A DNA stretch of 64,000 nucleotides, taken from Lama guanicoe. Taxonomy: Eukaryota. Positions 39,430-53,668 of the stretch are shown here, in pieces. A program made the translations under genes and the position numbers. The number at the start of each line of letters is the position of its first letter. Within the stretch, counting starts at the first letter, position 1. The stretch covers positions 62,001-126,000 of the forward strand of contig MU054212.1 in the NCBI GenBank assembly GCA_013239625.1. The letters are read 5' to 3'. The notes under the pieces were generated by a model. It saw only the letters and a list, made by a program, of their open reading frames with translations. It had not been told where the DNA came from and did no database searches.

Positions 39430-39700
39430 GAGGAGGAGGAGGAAAGGCTGGGGAGTGTGTGCCACGGAAAGAAGACAGCCTGAAGCAAGGCTGGAAGCAC
39501 TGAGGAGCGCGGTGTATTTGAAGAGCCACTGGGAGGCTGGTGTTGCCAAAGGCTAAAGCAAGAAGTGAGGAGCTAGAGAACAGACAGGGGTCATAAGGGG
39601 CCTCATAACTCACACTAGGGAACCTGTCTTTTATCCCCTGGGCAATGGGGAGTCACTGAATGGATTTTATTTTCCAGGAGTAACACAGTAAGTTTTGGAT
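39430..39700 (-). mobile_element. L2 fragment
   Basis: 'ttttatcccctgggcaatggggagtcactgaatggatttt'. Confidence 0.7.
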
Positions 39701-40666
39701 ATATCATTCTCCCTTATTATATTAGAATAGCCTCAGAATTGTCTTCTGAGAAAATTGACTTTCTCACTCTTTTAAATGATGAAGCCAACCCATATATGTT
39801 GTAGAGATTTTGGAAAGTACACCAAAGCATAATCAGTAATAGGAAAAAATACCTGTAGTCTCTTCTTGCAGAGGTAACTGTTAGCAACGTTCTGGAACAC
39901 ATTCTTCCAGCCTTTTTTCTATCCATATTTTAAAACAGCCAAGATTACAAGTATATGGTACTTTGTTGCTGCTGTTTTGAAATTTTATTTCATGTCCGTC
40001 TCCCATGTCTCAGAAGCTCCTGACTGGTCGCCCTGCAGCTCTTCATCCCTCCCAACCCCCGCTCTATCCTCAGCACAGAAGCCTCCGAAGTAATTCTGCT
40101 AAAATGCACGGAAAACTATAAATAACAGTGAGGAAGAAAGTTACATATACACTCACCACCCAGAGTCCCACTGCTAACATACTGCTGTATTTTGTCCTAA
40201 TTTTTTTCTGTGAATATTTTAAAACAGCTTAGGTTACGTGCAATATAGTAATTTTTAAAAAAATTTTCTTTTAGCATAAGCCTAACTGTTAAAGAAAGTC
40301 AACTGTACAAACTAATATTTATAAAGTATTTCTTAAAGCATTTGCCATTCTTACAATCCTCCAAATAATCTAGATTCCCCCACTCCTCCCCTGGCCCCAG
40401 ATCAAGAAAGGCTATCACAGAGCCACAGACTTGGTCTGAATTGCTTTAATCCACTGTAAAATTGTATTTTAAATTATATTTTGGTGTTCTGTTCTCGGCT
40501 TGTAAGAGAGATAGCATTTTTAATAAGGAATCTGCTGTCGTGTTTGCTTTAAGGATGTTATTGAGGTCCTGTCCACTACATCAGGCAACGTCTCCCTTAA
40601 GAGGCCTCAAGAGAAACATTCTTCTCATAGCTTATTGCTAAAAAAAGTTTTGCTTCTCTTTAACAG

Positions 40667-40707
40667 AAAGCGTGAGTTTTAGAAACCGTATTGACAAAGC
40701 CAATCAG
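40667..40707 (+). other. Exon-like segment (41 nt)
   Basis: Acceptor 'ttttgcttctctttaacag', donor CAG|GTAACA; open frame SVSFRNRIDKANQ. Confidence 0.4.
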
Positions 40708-42687
40708 GTAACAATGTGTCACACTGGTGTATGTTTCTGTTGTGATAAGGGACTAGTACGGGTGTTGGCATAGTCCGTCTTTAATAGATGGTAACTTATT
40801 CTGTAATGTCTGCAGGTGTAATCAAGACATTTGAATTGACTGATGAAATGACTAGTGGATGAACAATGAAGACATTTTTTGGTTTATTCTAAGAAAGAAT
40901 GAGTTAACAACTTCTTGATGCAGGAGGAAAAAAAACAAATGCACAAACTTTACAGGCTCAGTTTCTTTGTTTATAAAATCAAGGGGTGCACCAGATGATT
41001 TTTAAGTCCTCTCTCTATGAGTCTATAATTTTGGCTCATAAACTGGATCTGGATGTAATTCCAAAGCAATTCAAAGAGATAAATTCCAAAATGGAGTTTT
41101 AAGTATAGCAGCATCATAGCAATAAATTAAAGTATGACTACTTTAGAGGACAGTATTCATTTGGATGTTTAATTCAAGTCAGGTTATTTTAATACTATGT
41201 CTTGAAACTCTGCTACATCCAGTGAATTGGTAACATTTTGTAGTTCCACCTCAGACATGTGGGAAGAACCGGAAAAGAGAGCAGAAAGAAATGGAGTCAG
41301 TATGAGTTAGATGTTCAGGACAAGAGCAAAATCAGGCCAGGTTGGTTCTGTCTTGCTTTTAGAGTGTGTCTTGCTTTATGCAATGAATATATTCTTGAAA
41401 GCAGCTTAGAAGCATTTGTAAACTGAATCATGTCTTAAATGTAACATGGGTGTGTTCTACTGAAAACACTTCCATGATAAAACTCTTTGTAAAAAGAGAT
41501 GTTGTTCTCTCATTCTAAATCTATATTGGATCTGTTTATAGGAAAGTTCAACTCTAGTTCTTTTCCTGGAGAGGAAAAGTGATGTCAAGCTACCCTGATG
41601 AGGTCCCGGTGTGGGAACAGCTTGTCTGGCCTCCTGGGCTCTCTGGGGAAAGTAGATGGAGAGGAAGAACAGTCGCATATTCCAGAACTGGACTTTGAAT
41701 GGGCCGTTGGCCAAACTTGGCCCAATTTCTCAACTGAGAGAAAGCACTGACCAAAACTGAATGCTGACTCAAAGCCAACTTGCTTCGGACACACTGTCCC
41801 CTGCCAGGCGAGCTCAGCGCCCTCTCCCTGAGGTACTTACCCAGCCAGGGGAAAGACATGCGGGGACGAGAGGCTTTGCTCTTTCCCCTTCTACTGCCTG
41901 GTTCCAGCTTTTGTGCAGCTCTCACAGGGGACGGGGAGGAGGAAAAGACTGGCAAGTGGAAGGAGAGGCAATAGGGCCACCCATGAAGATGCAAGGCTTA
42001 GAAAAAGCCAGGAAAAGCCAGGAGGGAGTCATTGTGGAAGAAGACAATTTGAATAAACTCGGGAACTAAGGGAAAAATGAGGAATGGGTTCAGGGAAACC
42101 ACATGAACACGATGGAAAAGCAGAAGGAAGGGAAGAATCCCAGGATGGAAAATGAGCTGGGAAGGGATGCAGAGGAGGCTGGATCAAGCTGAGAGCAGCT
42201 CCAGGTGCTAACCTAGACCCTAAATGTCCTGTGATTAACCCTTCAGTGTGAGGCCCAGTGTGTAGGAATTTCCTTTAACTGTAATGTAGTTCTTCACATA
42301 CTTCTGGAATGACAAGGAATTTAGGCATGATAGCTCATTTTCCAGAAAGATTCATGGTAGGATTTCTAACTCTGCAGAGGCTGCATTTGCAAAATTACAA
42401 CAGGAATGGCATGCTAAAATGTTGGTGGGGGTTGAAGAGGAGGAGGGGTTAATAATCAAAATTAGGTTGGTGTTCAATTTGAAATCATTGCTTTAGTTTT
42501 AATATAAATGTAAGGAATTTTAGAGCTGTATTACTGGGATACCAGGGTTCCAATCTGCAACATGCTCCGCCCTGGGCAGAGCACAAACACACAGGACTCA
42601 CGGATAACTGGAATGTCCACTTCACTACTCCATCTGTCACATGTGACAGAGGAAGGTGGTTTGTATGGCTCTTAGTTCTTTTCCCAG

Positions 42688-42799
42688 TACCTGTCTTCCT
42701 GGAGGTAGACTCGTCAGACAGAAGAAACAAAGATGAGCAGAATCAAATGGTTTAAGCAACCCACACGTTATAGAAACCACCTTTAGGAGATAACCAAAG
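42688..42799 (+). pseudogene. Exon-like segment (112 nt) with stops in all frames
   Basis: Acceptor 'gttcttttcccag', donor AAG|GTAAGA; best frame PVFLEVDSSDRRNKDEQNQMV*. Confidence 0.4.
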
Positions 42800-44729
42800 G
42801 TAAGAGTCAACATATTTAACTGCTAAGTCACAGGACCAACCAATCAGATTTGACCCTGGACATAAACAGCCTCTAACAGCCCTGGAGGTAACACTCCCAT
42901 AGCAGCTGATCTTTCTTCACAGAGGCATTTGCACTCTTGCAACTATGTACCTAATCACATGCTGTTACTGTGAGATATCTGTCTTCCTCTCCAGACTCAG
43001 CCCATTGAGAGGGTTCCCTAGGTCCTCAGTAAGTTAGCTCTGTGACCAGACTGCAAATACCACCCCAGTGAACCAGGTAGGAAAGACCTCATCTCATTGC
43101 ACTGTGGCTGACTTCAAAGAAGGGGCACAGAAGAGTGGAAGAGCCCTTGATAGCAGGACAGCAGCTCTGCTCGTGCCCCAGCTGTGCTATTGGCCGGTTG
43201 CGTGGCTTTGGCCAGGTCACGTCCCCCTCTCTAGCTCTGTTCTTTGCTAGGAAACGACAGGATCGGATTCAAAGGCTCCCGAGGCCAGTTCCAGCTCTAA
43301 GAGTCTTGATTCAGCTTGCTTATAAAGTGGACAGGGAAAGTTTATTTGCGACCAGAACAAAGTATTAGGAACTCATAAAAGCTGCCAAATATCACTTAGA
43401 GAAAAAATGAGAAGAAGATTTTGTATGAAATGTACTTGGGCTGCACGATGCAAACGTTTCTTCTGAGAGAGAGGAAGGCCAGGGATGTGATTACTTTGCC
43501 CAGCTCCCCGGGCAGCTCTGGCCAAGCTGGAGATACCTATCACTCTTGCTCAAGGTCCACTTCCTACTGAATTGTCACACTGTTGAATTATTGTCGAGAT
43601 GAAGTCCAAAAGGGGAAATATTTTGCAATCTAGAGTTGGACCCTGGAGCTATACAATCATGATTACTGATACAGATTTTCCCAGAAACATTCAGGGCCAT
43701 ACTGTGGAGCCCTCAGATTTCTGTGTGTTATTTTGTGAGCTTACTCTGCTAGTTCTGTGGTTCTAAGAACATTTTCCTGAATGAGCAAGTGAAAAAAATT
43801 TCCTTTTGCCTCTTCTTGAACCATTTCTTTTCTTTAATTATACATATGAAATAGACTTCTAAACAAGGCTTTTGTTAATAGCTCTGTTTAAAAAAAACAC
43901 TTAAAAATAAAATCATATTTTGTCTTCATATTTGTCTTCACAAGGAGAGTCACCTTAAGCCAGAGAATCATCAGCCCAGAGCTTCCTGAATCTTAACACG
44001 GATGCTGTTTTGACTGTGGCTGAGTTTTAAAACATCCGTCCTCAGTTCTTCATGGGGGTGTTGGCACACCTACAATTATGTACCTAATCATTTATGACTA
44101 CAGTGATAAAAACGGATTATAACACGATGTGTTCAAAGATCCTGGATAGGCATTCAAAAGCCCCAGCTTTTCCACCTGTTGGTGGATAAGCCTGAGCAAG
44201 TCCCTGCCTCTCCGAGCCTCAGTTCGCTCCCCTGTGAACTAACTATTCAGCTGGGTCTCCAAAGCTCTGGGTTCTACAGAGAGCTCCCTGAGGTCCAAGT
44301 AGGAGGTGAAGGGGAGCAGAAGAGTCAAGAAATAGCTGGATCTCTATTCTTGTCCTTTGTATATGTTCAGAGTCTGCACAAAGTTTCATTGCTGCTTAAA
44401 AAGAGTTTGAAAAACACAGGATTTGATGACCCCTAACACACTCTCAGTTCTAAAAAACGTCTTCTGAGTTCGTGTTCACATACATTTGTGAACTTGGGTA
44501 CATACACACTTAGACACGCACCCTCCACAGTGTGAAGACAAGACTGCATAATATCACACGGCTCATGTTAAAAAAGAACCATGTGTCATTTTCTTTTCAT
44601 GCCCTATCACCCGCCAAAGGCAGTCCCCAGGTGCAAATGGGAATTGGAGAAGAACTGCATGTGACCGAGTCTGCAGCTGGAAACCGAGTCAGTCGAGTTG
44701 GAGCTTTAACTTTCAGAGGGGAAGCTTGG

Positions 44730-44860
44730 AGCTCATCTGTCTCTCCCTTAACTTTATATATGAGGCTTGGAGTGACTTGCCCAAGGTCATGTAGCCAGTT
44801 GGTGGCAGAGCTGCTACTCCAGGCCAGGTCTCTAAGTCCCAACCCAGTAGCCTTCCCAGC
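44730..44860 (-). mobile_element. MIR fragment
   Basis: 'tgaggcttggagtgacttgcccaaggtcatgtagccagttggtggcagagctg'. Confidence 0.8.
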
Positions 44861-46422
44861 ACACGGTGCTCTTGGGAAGGGATAGGACTACACATGGCAT
44901 ATTTGGATATCCTGCATGGATGATCCAAAAATAAAAATATTCCCCATCCACCTCTGTGGTATGGGTTGATCTTTAGATATACCAAGACCTTTAAAATAAA
45001 TAATGCACGCACACACACACAGAGGCACTTGGCCAAGGGGATAAGGGGTAATGAAAAATCCCTGGCAAGTGGATACTTCAAAGCTTTAGAGGGTTTATCT
45101 GAAGAAGACTTTGAATAGAGTGCAATGTTTTATGGGTTCTCCTAATCCCCAGTAAACGGGCCTTGCTGAGTAAGCAGAAACAGTTTTAATGACTGCTAGA
45201 GAGCTGCAGACGCAGATCTGTGACTAGAGCTGGGTTTCCTGGGATCTTTAGTCTCTACACTACAAGCCTGGGGAAGAATTTGTACCTGGTTCTGAGCTAA
45301 TGAATTTAGAGAGCCCACGGCTTTTCCCTCTGAAGGCTGGTGGTCAGTTACTCTTTGCTCAGTCCTATAAACCACTGCTGCATCCACTAACTATCTCTAC
45401 CTCTACCTCCATCATGAAAAACATCTCTTCAGCTCATTTTAGCCTCACAGTATCCCTGGGAGGTATGTCATATATGCATCCAGGACCCCTTCTCTGGTTG
45501 GGAAGTGGGTGGTGGGGCAGCGACTGAGATGGGTTCAGTAGAGTTTGTAAAGTTAAAGCCAGGAGGATGTCCCACATCTGGGGAAGATGAGGGGAGTCAG
45601 GTCATGGTGTGGGATGCTAGAGGTCTCGAGAGACAAAGGCCAGAGGTCCTGTGCTTCAAGATTCAGAGAAGGAGACTGACAGCAAGCTGAGCCCCTGGGA
45701 ACTGAGAGGCTATGAGCACAGCAAAGCCAGGAGGTCAGTATTGAGGCTCTCCCAGCCTTGCTCTGTAGCTGCTCCAGCCTCTTCTGTTTCTGGGGCTGCT
45801 GGGCAATTCCATCTCAGGCAGCAGCTTCAATAGAGTTGAAACTGTGAGAATTTGTCCAGTCATTTGGAGCTCATACTCAGTAGGTGGAATGAGTAAAATA
45901 GGACATTTCCAGGGCAGAAAAGACTTCAGGCTGTAGGTGACAAATTCAAGAACTGTGGCTTTCAAGTCTCTTTCAGGGTTCACTCTGGGTCTCTTTGCAG
46001 GAGCTTCACATTGGAGGAGTTCATGTCATGTCCTCAGTCTCATGCCCCTCTTGACAATTAAAACTCCTTTTTAGGAGATGGGAGTTTTAATTGTTACTTT
46101 CCCACTGTGTAGACTGAGGTCAAAGCACATGTAGCATGGTTTAACAAAACCTACCAAAGAGCACAGGATAAGAAAAGGTGCCAAACACAGAGTGAAGATA
46201 AGTGAAGTGGAACTGCTGTTGCCTCCACCTTCAGCAACAAAGGAAACAAAACAGGAATTGGGAAAAGTCAAGGTTAGGATGGGCATGGCCTCTCCCAAGG
46301 TTAAATCTGTAGAAAATTGCTGGATGATGGAAAGAAAATTCAGGAAGGAGACAGACATACTTAAAAAAAATATAATAAGTTCCAAGAGTCATTCATGCAG
46401 GATATCTGATTTTTTCTTAAAG

Positions 46423-46507
46423 TGGAAATTTAAAAGGAAAATCAGAAAAATGGCAACATCCTTCTACCTGAAGTGAAAGCAGCCTGCGTCCTTTCTTCCA
46501 ACCTCAG
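46423..46507 (+). pseudogene. Exon-like segment (85 nt) with stops in all frames
   Basis: Acceptor 'ttttttcttaaag', donor CAG|GTATGA; best frame EI*KENQKNGNILLPEVKAACVLSSNL. Confidence 0.37.
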
Positions 46508-47179
46508 GTATGATAAGTCTTTACTTCATAAAATGGTGTGGGAGAAAGCTGTACTCATATTCCAAGCTGAAATCTTGAAGATTTTCATGACAAGAGGAGG
46601 TTGTGGGAAGGCCCATAGCTTATGAATAAAAGGTAGACTTATTTTGGGAGTAAGGAGAGAGGCAGGGACTGCTGGGGGGAAGAGAGAAAAGAGAGCAGAG
46701 AGAGGGTGAAGGGGATCCACATGGAACACTTTCTGTCAGCCAGGAAACATTCACACGAGGATACCGCTGAAGGCAGTAAGGCTCTGTATTTAGATATAGA
46801 GCAAGAAGGGTAGACAAACTGCATCCAACTTTCTACTCTTCACCACAACCCTCTAAAGTCTCACACTGAGAACTTCTTTGAAGTTCTGAGTGTGTGTCCC
46901 CTTGGACCAACCGCCCACATTATGATAACTAGCAAATTCTCAAGACATTTTCATTTTGTGTCTTAGGGAGGCCTTGGGAAAGTATCTTTTTTGTTAGGAG
47001 AGGAATCCAGAGGGATTTGGTTAGGCATGCTATAGTGAAGTGCATGTATTGGGCATGTGCTCCAAGGTTGCCTATTTGTTCTGCAGAGTCATGTGGCTCT
47101 ACTTTGGATTTGAAAGGTAGAAATACTGATATTTTGTCAATTGCATTGGGTATTAACTATTGTATAGCCAATTTTAACA

Positions 47180-50100
47180 TGTGACCGAACACTCTGCTGT
47201 CTATAAGAAACTTACTTCAAATAAAATGATACAGTCAGGTTGAAAGTAAAGGAATGAGATACATTATATCATGCAAATGCTAGTCAAAGGAAAGCAGAAG
47301 TGGTTATATTAATATCCAATAAAGTAGACTTCAGAACAAAGAACATTACCAGAGACAGAGAGGGGCATTATGCAAGGGTGACAGGGTCAGTCCACCAAGA
47401 AGACATAGCAATCCTATGTGCCAAACTACAGAGCTGCAAAATATGTGGAGCAAAACCCAATAAAACAGAAAGGAGAAATAGACAGATCCACAATTATATC
47501 TGAAGACTTCAACACCTTTTTCTCTCTCAACAATTGATAGAACAACTAGACAGAAAATTAGCAAGGATATAAAAGAAATAACACCACCATCAACCAACAG
47601 GATCTAATTACATAGAAGACCACCAAGCAGTAAAATATATATTCTTTTCCAATCCCTAAGTAACAGATAGAATATTTCTTGGGAATAAAACAAAATTCAA
47701 AACCTTTTAAAGAATTGAAATTATAAAGACTGTGTTCTCTGACCAGACTGGAATCAAGCTATTAATTAATAACAGAAAGATAACAAGACAATCTCCAAAC
47801 ACTTGGGAACTAAGCAACATTAATATAAATAACCCTAAATAATCCATGGGTCAAAGAAGAAGTATCAAGATAAATTAAAAAATACTTTCAATTGAGTGAA
47901 AACAAAAATACAACATGATAATTTTGTGGGACATTCCTAAAGCACTGCTGAGAGTGAATTTTATAGCACTTAAATACATTATTAGGCAAGAGGATAGGTC
48001 TCAAATCAATAATCTAAGCTCCCACCTCAAAATTTAGAAAAAAAATAGAACTAATAAATAAATTCAGTAACGTCACAGGACACAAAATAAATATACAGAA
48101 ATCTGTGGCATTTCTATACAGTAATAAATATCAGAGAAATTAAGAAAAAAAATCCCATTTACAATTTCATCAAAAAGAATAAAATGCCTAGAATAAAGAA
48201 AACTTAACCAAGGAGGTGAAAGTCCTCACAGTGAAAACTGTAAGACACTGAAGAAGACACAAATGAATAGAAAGATATTCCATGTTCATGGATTGGGAGA
48301 ATCAATATTGTTAGAATGTCCTTACTCCACAAAGCAATCTACAGATTCAAAGCAATTTTTATCAAAATTCTAATGGCATATGGCATAGAACTAGAACAAA
48401 TAATTTTAAAATTTGTATTAAACCACAAAAGATCCTGAACAGCCAAAACAACCTTGAGAAAGAAGAATAAAGCTGGAGGTATCATGTGCCCTGATTTCAA
48501 ACTATACTACAAAGCTATAGTAATCAAAACAGTATAGTACTGGCACCAAAACAGACAAACCAATAAATGGAACAGAATTGAGAGCTTAGAAATAAACCCA
48601 CATGTATATGAACAAATTTGTAACAAAGGAGCAAAGAACATATAATGAGGAAAAGAATAGTCTCTTTATTATACGATATTAGGAAAACTGGACAACCACA
48701 TGCAAAAGAATGAAACTAGATGACTATCTTACACCATGCACAAAAATTAACTCAAAATGGATTAAAGACTTCGATGTAAGAGCTGAAATCATAAAATGTA
48801 TATTGAAGGCAAAGGAACTAGAAGAGCTAAAATAACTTTAGTGGGAGAATTCAGTCTGCTCTGTTTCAAGACTTATATAGTTATACTAATCAAGACTCTG
48901 ATATCAGTGGAGGAAGAGACACATAGCTCAATGGAACAGAACAGAGAACCCCAAAACAAATCCCCTCAAATGTGTCCAACTGATTTTTGACAAAGGTGAA
49001 AAAGCAATTCAATGAAGGAAAGATACCTTCTCAACGAATGGTACTGGAACAACTGGATATATATAGGCAAGAAAATTAACTTTGACCTAAGTCTTCATCT
49101 TATAGAAAAATTAACAAAAAATGGATCACAGCCTTAAATGCAAACCACAGATCTACAAACTCAGGGAAAAAAAATAGGAGTCGTTCTTGGGGATCTTAGG
49201 CTAGGCAGAGTTCTTAGACTTGACATAAAAAATATGATCCGTACAAGGAAAAACGGATACACTGAATCTTATCAAAATACATAAATTTTGCTCTGTGAAA
49301 GACTGTTCACAGGGAGAAAAGACAAGTGACAGACTGCGAGAAAATATTTGCAATCCACATATCTGACAAAGGACTAGAACCTAGAAATATTTTAAAATTC
49401 TCAAAATTCAGCAGTTAAAAAAATCAAACAAATCCAATTAGAAAATGGGCAAAAAATATGAAGAGACATATCACAGAAAAGGATATACAGATGGCATCAT
49501 TTGCCAATAGAGAATTGCAAATTAAACTACAATGAGATATCACTAATACAACTTCAGAATAGCTAAAATTTTTTAAAAAGTGAACCACCAAATGCTGGTG
49601 AGAATGCAGAGAATGGGGATCACTAATTCATTGCTGTTAGGAATGTAAAATGATACAGTCACTCTGGAAAACAGATTGACAGTTTTTTTTTTAAACAAAA
49701 CATGCAACCCAGAAATTGCACTCCTGAGCATTTCTCCCAGAGAAATAAAGACTTATGTCCACACAAAAACCTGTACATGAATGTTTATGGCAGCTTTATT
49801 TGTAATAGCCTAAAACTGGAAATAACCCAGATGCTCTTCAATGAGTGAATTGCTAAACAAACCATTAAATCCATACCACGGAATGTTTCTCAGAAATAAA
49901 AGGAACAAACTATTGATACACAGAACAACCTTCATGAATCTCTAAAGAATTATGTTGAGTGAAAAAAGCCAATCCCCAAAAGGTTACATACTTTATTATT
50001 CCATTTATATGACCTTCCTAAAATAACAAAAGTATAGAAATGGAGTGCAGATTAATTATTGCCAGGAGTTAAGGAGTGGGTGAGGACAGAAGAGAAGCCA

Positions 50101-50315
50101 GTCTAGCTACAAAAGGGCAACCTGAGGGATCCTTTGATGACATTTTCTGTATCTTCACTGAATCAACAATATCCCGATTTTGATGTTTCACTCTAGTTTT
50201 GCAAAATGTTACCATTAAGAGAAACTTAGGCAAAGGGTACATGGGATCTCTCTGTATTATTTCTTACTGTTGCATGTGAATTTGCAATTATCTCAAAATA
50301 AAAAGTTTAATTAAA
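47180..50315 (+). mobile_element. L1 (L1MD/L1MC3-like) ORF2 and 3' end, containing a better-preserved L1 ORF2 block at about 48045-48795
   Basis: Endonuclease peptide VILISNKVDFRTKNITRDREGHY...GSVHQEDIAIL; 3' end 'gggatctctctgtattatttcttactgttgcatgtgaatttgcaattatctcaaaataaaaagttt'. Confidence 0.9.
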
Positions 50316-50319
50316 ACAA

Positions 50320-51130
50320 GTCAATTCCATTTATAATAGTAGGAACAAAACCATAAAATGCTTACGAAAAAAATTAATGAAAGGCAAGAAAGGCTTCTAC
50401 TACTGAAAACTACCAAATTTACTTAGATAAATTAAAGAAGACCTAAATAAATGGAGAAATATATCATGTTCATGGATAAGAAGATTTAATATTGCCAAGA
50501 TATTAATTCTGAACTTGATTCATAAAGTCAATGTAACCCCAATCAAACTACAAGCTAAATGTATATGGAAATTCGAAGAAACAGAATAGCCAAAACAATA
50601 TTGAGAAAAAAAAATTTAAAGACCAATTTCAAGTCTTGTGTAAAACTCATATAATCAAGACAATGTACCATTAGTGCTAAAATGGACCCAAAGATTAATG
50701 GAACGTAATAGCATTTCCAGAAATGGAGCCACATATATATGGTCAACTGAATTCCGAAAAAGATGCCTATGTAATTCAATGGAAAGAGAAGCATTAATAG
50801 AAATATTCTGCATCTTGATTGTGGTGGTGTGGTGGTACGTAAATTTGTCAAAACCTAATGAACTGTAAACTTTAAGTGGATCGAACTGACTGAATGTAAA
50901 TCATTGTATGTAAATGAGCCTGGATCCCAACCTCACATCATACAGAAAAATTAACTTGAAATAGATTATAGACCTAAATGTAAATGTCAAAGTATAAAAC
51001 TTCTAGATAAAAAAATAACAGGAGGAAATCTTTATAACTTTGGTTAGGCAGATATTTTTGAGATACAGAAATCACGAATCATAAAAAAATTTGATAAATT
51101 GGACTTTCCCAAAATAAACGTTTCTCCTCC
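50320..51130 (+). mobile_element. Older L1 ORF2 fragments
   Basis: 'aattaaagaagacctaaataaatggagaaatatatcatgttcatggat', 'aaaaattaacttgaaatagattatagacctaaatgtaaa'. Confidence 0.82.
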
Positions 51131-52093
51131 TAAATCAGTGGTTTGTAAGGCTGGCAGCACATCTGAATCATCTGAGGAGTGTTGAAACAAAACAAAACAA
51201 AAAAGCGAAACACCTATTCCAGATTAATTGAATCATAGTATTTTCTTGAGAAACATCGATTTAAAGTATATCTGAGACTTTACTTATGAAAGTACAAGCA
51301 CAAACATCTCACGGACAGCTCATGTACCCTTATGTCTCTAACATATGACATACTTTTTTTCTATTTGTGTATAAATGCATAAATGGAGATAGTATATTGC
51401 ATATGCATAAATTAATTTATTTAATTTGCATACTTTATTATGTTTCAGGGACTGTGTTAGATGCATGGTTACACAAAGAACTCAGACAATCCCTGACCAG
51501 AATTAGATGGGGAGTCAGAATTATAGGTGGGATAAAAGTTGTGTGAATATACGGAGCAACATCATGGGGACACAAAAGGAGAGATTCTACCTGGTCTGGG
51601 GCCAAGGAGAGGAGTCAGAAGAAGGGGTTTCATTTGAATCACTTCTTGAAAGATGATTAGGTGTGGACAACACCCCTCGCACACACTTTTGTGCACATGT
51701 AGGCAGCATATATATTTTTCAATATCCCAAGTAGCCACGTCTACGCAGTTGAGGGGCTTAACAGAAAAAAGCCACTGCACCTTCAGGTCATTTCTCTCCC
51801 TTATCTCAGGAGGTCCTGAGCAGTAGGAAGCATCTTTTCCAACTGCCTTCTTTATATCATTCCTATAGTCTCTTTTCCAATTGCTGAGCCCCAATAGCCA
51901 CAAATTTGCCAAATCTAGTGAAGTTAGGACATAATTTCTGATAAATGGCCATTTAAATTCTTTATTACCCTTTTCCTCGGAGTTCTAGCTCTTTATCCTC
52001 TGACTTGTTTCCTACAAGCTTCTGTCAAGCTTGTCAGCCAGGTTAGTTGAACATACTGTTATACACTATGTGTCTTTTTTTTTTCGCTTTTAG

Positions 52094-52263
52094 AGAATAG
52101 GAATCTGTTACTCAACTTCTCCATCTCCACAGAAATATGGATAGCCAAAAGGGAGCTCATTTACTTTCCATGTTGCTATTAGCATATTTGAGAAAACATT
52201 TTGTAGATAAACTGATTTTAGGACACTGAGGCATTTGACCAGAGGAAACTATCTATGCAAAGA
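52094..52263 (+). pseudogene. Exon-like segment (170 nt) with stops
   Basis: Long polypyrimidine acceptor ending 'ttttcgcttttag', donor AGA|GTGAGT; frame E*ESVTQLLHLHRNMDSQKGAHLLSMLLLAYLRKHFVDKLILGH*GI*PEETIYAK. Confidence 0.4.
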
Positions 52264-53479
52264 GTGAGTTATGTACAAATAACAACTGTGAAGGAAAAAA
52301 GATGATACACATGGAGACTCATTCATACCTCCAGGGTAATACGTATCTGTTTATCCATTGACTCAAATAAATAAACACACATGTATTACAAGGCTCCTTC
52401 TCCCTCCCTGTGCCTGAGGACAAGGGAGGCCTGTGATCCATTTCTGCCGATTCCCAGTCACTCCTGAGAAACACACCCACGTCGTGTTTACATATCACAG
52501 CCTTCCCACTACTTCACCAAATGCCTCCTGGCCTTTGCTCAGTGAGCCAGTCGGGCTCCCAGAAAATCCTTAATTCTTTCTCAACTATGCCTCCCCAGAC
52601 AGATGTTCTATATCAAGAACACCAAGTCCTGCCCTGAGGTCTTAGCCAGCAAAAACTCACGAGTGGCCCTTGCCTTTGGGAGATGATGTAATGCATTGTG
52701 GAGATGCGAGCTACAATCTCCCTGCAAAGGCGGAAGACGGCATGGGCTCACAGGGGCTGGGGCAGGGGCATTAGGTGGACCATCCCTCTCTCTTATGACA
52801 AATGGCTATAGTGTGTAAGCCAGTCTAGGGGAACATGTTTTGTCCCAGGCAACTCCAGGAGTGGATTCCATAGCTCCTTGACTGACAATCTAGTTTCCAA
52901 CACCCTCTACTTGCCGGACATTCTTCTTTTTAGGATAATGCTGCAGGGTAAGCCAGTGTTCTCTGTTGTGTTCAGCAGCACTCCCCGCACAGCACCACCA
53001 TCTGTGCAGAAGCAAGGTCTCCCATGTCTGCGGGCTCCTCTGGTAGGCGGGAAGATGTGTGAGAACCCAGCAGTCTGGAGGAAAGCGCTCTGAGCAGCAT
53101 GAAGTCCCAAAGCCAAGCACTGTACATGGTAGGGCAGGCCTTGAGGGTCTTCCTTTCTTTATGTACGTTCACACATTCATATACATTAACAGCACGATGA
53201 GCTCTCTGTTTTCTGAGCCCACAGCCAACAGAAATCCTCAGTTTTCAGGGGATCCTGGAGTCATAGGGGCAGGCCTAGTGACATTGCCTAGCACACAGTA
53301 GATGCTCAATGCATATCTGTTGAAAAAAAGGCATTGAAAAAGGCACAGCCAACAGCAAGAGAGGGCCACCCCCCCAACCCACCCAATCTGTTAAAATGAA
53401 TGGGCTCATGGCTTGGGTCTTTTAGGACAAGGAAAAGAACTCTAAATTGCAAACTGCCTGCTCAGTGTTAGGTACCTAG

Positions 53480-53668
53480 TTTATTATCTCATTTACTTAT
53501 GCAGCCCTCCTGTGAGGTATTAAGAACACCATTCCACAGACCAGGAAATGGAAGCCCAGAGAGGTGGAGTGGTTTGCCCCAGGTCCTTCAGCCAGTAAGG
53601 AGCAAGGTCTCCATCCCAGCTCAGATCTGCCTCGAAGACCTGTGCTCTCAGTTATACCGTACTGCCTC
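53480..53668 (-). mobile_element. MIR SINE
   Basis: 'ctgtgaggtatt...ccattccacagaccaggaaatggaagcccagagaggtggagtggtttgccccaggtc'. Confidence 0.85.
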
